The notes below the pieces were generated by a model, which had not been told where the DNA came from, searched no databases, and saw only the letters and a list, made by a program, of their open reading frames with translations. The translations under genes were made by a program, and so were the position numbers. Source: Babesia bigemina (taxonomy: Eukaryota). From it: a stretch of 61,256 bases of DNA. Shown piece after piece: positions 57,501 through 61,256 of this stretch (positions are counted from its first letter, which is position 1; each line of letters opens with the position of its first letter). Location of the stretch: contig NC_027216.1 in NCBI RefSeq assembly GCF_000981445.1, positions 2,480,001-2,541,256 of the forward strand, in the 5' to 3' direction.

Positions 57501-60041
57501 GAAGACCCGTATTAAGCTTAAATATGTTTGTACTGATACCTTTGTTTCTGCCAAGCATAGCTTCCAAATCTTTCAATAAAATATGTAGACCTTTTTTACC
57601 ACTCAGGTATGGACCAACGTGATCAGAATCATCACCATCGCTATTTAGGATCAAATCCCGGACGACATCGCAGAGTTTTCCAACTGCCTCGGTAACTTGG
57701 TTGCATAAGTTTGCGAAAGTGTCTTTGTTGAAATTGTCATTTGTGGTACGCTTATGTTTGCCGTCTTCCACTAGTCCTAGATGCTTGATTCCGTTCACCT
57801 CCTTTACAATGGACTTTATAGCTTCCGGAAGTTTGCCCTCGTTGTCAGCGTCTCCAAGCTTACCATTAGCCACGCTAGATTGGCTGAGGTATGTTTCATA
57901 GAGGTCGAAGCTTTTGGCAACAACACTTTCCACTTGACCACCTCTACCATGATCATTTTCCATGCCTATTTCACTATCCAGTATACCAAGAATTTTACGG
58001 TCATAACTGTAAGTATCATTCTTGTCTAGAACGTCAGAGGGAGGAATGGGTTGCACAGGTGTGAATGGATCTGTCGGCTTAGTTGCTTTCATGAGCTCCT
58101 TTTCAAGCCCTTCAGCTACTTTATACGCAGCGTGCAGTTTACCGATGTCGAGTTTTGAAACATCCGTCTCGCCACTGAATGATTCCAGTGCTTCAGCAGT
58201 TTTATTGGCAACGCCAACGAGTTGGTAGATAACGGCGTAAACGGGTTTGCGGAGTTTTACATTTTCCGCAGTAATTTCGGCTTCGCCCTTACCCGTCAGC
58301 TGTCTCTCAATCGTCTTAGATACTTCAGAGGCGAGCAAACGCATTCCGTTATCCGTCTTAATCTTATCTCCGAGCCGCATCGCAAACGCGTCGCAAGCCC
58401 TTTTGGCGATACCAACATGGGATTCAATGCTTGCTAAGCTTTGAACGCCGGCAGACTGAAAGGCGTCGGGAATCGTTTTCTCTATCTGTTCACTAATCTT
58501 ACTGGCGATTTCCTCCAAAGTGCCCTCACTAAATTTCCTCCCGGGACTATTCCATTTTCCAGGCAGCAAAGCATTTTTACCGGGAGTCTCGGCATACTGC
58601 TTCAGACACTCTTGCACCGGTTCAGTCACCAATATTCTATTTATCCACTGCTTAAGAATCTCATTTCTGAACGTTTCCTTTTCGCTGAATTTCTTAGCGT
58701 ATTCTTGCACTCTTTCAATAATCTGTTTCAGCCCATCCCCCTCGTTTGCGCCGGTAATTTCAGCCATCGTAGCTGCAATATCACTCAACAACTGCTTCTT
58801 AACGTACTTCTCCATTGCAATCTTAATATTATCCTTCGTATTCTTAAGTCCAGTCCTAATCGCCCTGTCGAATTCAACAACCTGTGAAAGTGCCTTTTCA
58901 ACTAGGTTAGTGAGCTCCTTTTTAGCTTCGACGACAAATAGACGCAGCGAGTCGGCTTTGCTATGCAGTTCTTCAGCCGCTTTTCTTACAGCCTCCCTTT
59001 CTCCTCGTCCATCTGCCTTCAATTTATCCAATATTTCCGTACATTTACTTAACGCCTTTTCCACCACCTCATTGGCCAATATGATCCAATCATTCAACTT
59101 GATATTAAGGCCGTTCAACATGCTTTTCACATTTTCAATGGGCCTCTTAATTTTGTCGTCAAACTCTTCTTGCAAAACCTCAACACATTTACCATTTTTA
59201 AAAGTAGTGTAAGCCGTAACCTCCCTCTCAAGCTCACGCAATTCCACTTGCACTTTACTACAAGCTGTCTCCAACTCCTTCCGGTCCCTCTTCGCATTAT
59301 CAACGAAGGTGTTGACAGCCTGCGAAACCATGTCTACATGCGGACTTAACTCACCTGAAAGCTTGGGATCCAATTTTTTTACTCGATCAGCAGATACGCT
59401 TGGCTTGCTGGCAAGCCTCCTGACACCCATGAGCCAGGCGGCGAAATTACCTGAAACTGAATCATAATCCTCATTCCTTTTACCTGGAATGTCTTTCATA
59501 CGGGCATCAATTTCGGTAATTAACGTGTTTAGAGGCGATGTAATTTTTTTGTTTTTTTCATCTAATTTCTTTTCATACCCCTCCAGCCACTCCTTCACCG
59601 CGTCGACAGCCTCCGCAAGCCCATCACGCCCGGAGCCAATATTTTTAGTTAATTTTTCTAATACCTTATTAAGCTTTTTATTCTCATCACTGATGTAATT
59701 ATCATAAGTTGTCACTTCATTTTCGTTTTTCACCGCACCAAGCACACCACTCAAAAATCCCATCACCCCGTCACACAGCCTGTCCAGGTCGGAGTACACA
59801 ATCCCAGAGCCAGTGTAGCCTTTGGAGGATGGATTGAAGCCGAGGAAAGTCTCGAGGCCGGTGCAGAGGTTATTAAGGATGTTAGTAGGGTTGTTTTTGA
59901 GGTATTTTTGAGGTTCAAAATTTTACCAAATTTCTTCTCAAGCTCCCTAGGCGGCACACTGTCAGGGCAGTTGCAAGAGGTGGAAGAGGGGAAGTGAAAA
60001 GTGACAAGGCACAAGTTATTAGGATGGTTTATAGAGGTCAT
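54568..60041 (-). CDS. VESA-related ('ebh'-type) variant protein with a 1-nt frameshift near the 5' end (pseudogene or sequence error)
   Basis: The leader from ATG 60041 joins NNPTNILNNLCTGLETFLGF..GIVYSDLDRLCD only if one base is added at the T5 run 59894-59898. The remaining ~1770 codons are open and end in a TM plus SHRIAAQSLLAAARVGKFAKISYLQP. Confidence 0.75.
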
Positions 60042-60064
60042 AGCGGTATTATGGCGAGGTGATT

Positions 60065-61256
60065 CGAGGGATGTAGAGTGGACAAAGGGGCGATGTGGAG
60101 TGGATAAGGGGCGATGTAGAGTGGGTAAAGGGGCGATGTAGAGTGGATAAAGGGGCGATGTGGAGTGGGTAAAGGGGCGATGTAGAGTGGGTTAGGGAGC
60201 GATGTAGAGTGGATAAGGGAGCGATGTAGAGTGGGTTAGGGAGCGATGTGGAGTGGATAAGGGGCGATGTAGAGTGGATAAGGGGCGATGTAGAGTGGGT
60301 TAGGGAGCGATGTAGAGTGGATAAGGGAGCGATGTGGAGTGGGTTAGGGAGCGATGTAGAGTGGGTTAGGGAGCGATGTAGAGTGGAAAAAGGGGCGATG
60401 TAGAGTGGATAAGGAGCGATGTAGAGTGGATAAGGGGCGATGTAGAGTGGGTTAGGGAGCGATGTAGAGTGGGTTAGGGAGCGATGTAGAGTGGGTTAAG
60501 GGGCGATGTAGAGTGGATAAAGGGGCGATGTAGAGTGGGTTAAGGGGCGATGAAGAGTGAGTTAGGGAGCGATGGAGAGTGGATAGAGGAGCGATGTAGA
60601 GTGGATAAGGAGCGATGTAGAGTGGATAAGGGGCGATGTAGAGTGGGTAAAGGAGCGATGTAGAGTGGGTTAGGGAGTGATGTAGAGTGGATAAGGGGCG
60701 ATGTAGAGTGGACAAAGGGGCGATGTGGAGTGGATAAAGGGGCGATGTAGAGTGGATTAGGGAGCGATTAGAGGAGGTTAAGGGGCGATGTAGAGTGGGT
60801 AAACGGGCGATGTAGAGTGGGTTAAGGGGCGATGTAGAGTGGATAAAGGGGCGATGTAGAGTGGGTAAAGGAGCGATGTAGAGTGGGTAAAGGAGCGATG
60901 TAGAGTGGTTAGGGAGCGATGTAGGGTGGATAAGGGAGCGATGTAGGGTGGATAAGGGAGCGATGTGGAGTGGGTTAGGGAGCGATGTAGAGTGGGTTAG
61001 GGAGCGATGTGGAGTGGGTTAAGGGGCGATGTAGAGTGGATAAAGGGGCGATGTAGAGTGGGTAAGGGAGCGATGTAGAGTGAGTTAGGGAGCGATGTAG
61101 AGTGAGTTAGGGAGCGATGTAGAGTGGATAAAGGGGCGATGTAGAGTGGGTTAAGGGGCGATGTAGAGTGGATGAAGGAGCGATGTAGAGTGGGTTAAGG
61201 AGCGATGTAGAGTGGGTTAGGGAGCGATGTAGAGTGGATAAAGGGGCGATGAAGAG
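60065..61256. repeat. G-rich 22-23 bp satellite, ~50 units, running off the window end
   Basis: Same unit as 52165-52775; many units contain GGGTTAGGG. Confidence 0.95.

Noticed and set aside
60065..61256. True telomere tract
   Set aside because: No contiguous 6-7 bp telomeric repeat; the motif is embedded in a 22-23 bp unit.
35641..61256. Transposon origin of the modules
   Set aside because: No transposase, reverse transcriptase, terminal inverted repeats or target-site duplications were seen.

Overview
Eukaryotic DNA from a piroplasm, most likely Babesia of the B. ovata/B. bigemina type (inferred from 32-41 nt GT-AG introns and VESA-like gene families). Bases 1 to ~11.4 kb are a compact housekeeping block: IntS9-like (5' partial), a degenerate ACSF3-like protein, ZNF207/BuGZ-like, adenylate kinase, DPH5, Rab5C, a two-domain organellar EF-P, and a four-exon RRM gene missed by the ORF track. 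From ~14 kb to the end is a probably subtelomeric variant-antigen region. It opens with a head-to-head pair of large ves-like genes and a 3'-truncated paralog, then holds three imperfect tandem minus-strand modules of 7-10 kb. Read 5'->3', a module runs: G-rich 22-23 bp satellite, large ves/'ebh-like' gene, 24 bp satellite, conserved spacer, 72-77 bp repeat, small Cys-rich membrane protein gene, ~206 bp transmembrane/tail cassettes, 20 bp satellite; individual modules lack some parts. The most unusual element is the Cys-rich gene system. Its 5' leader is a tandemly amplified exon+intron unit (1, 5 and 10 copies), and two of the three copies are followed by interchangeable transmembrane-tail cassettes. 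Family assignments come from recalled motifs, not database searches, and all splice models were read by eye.
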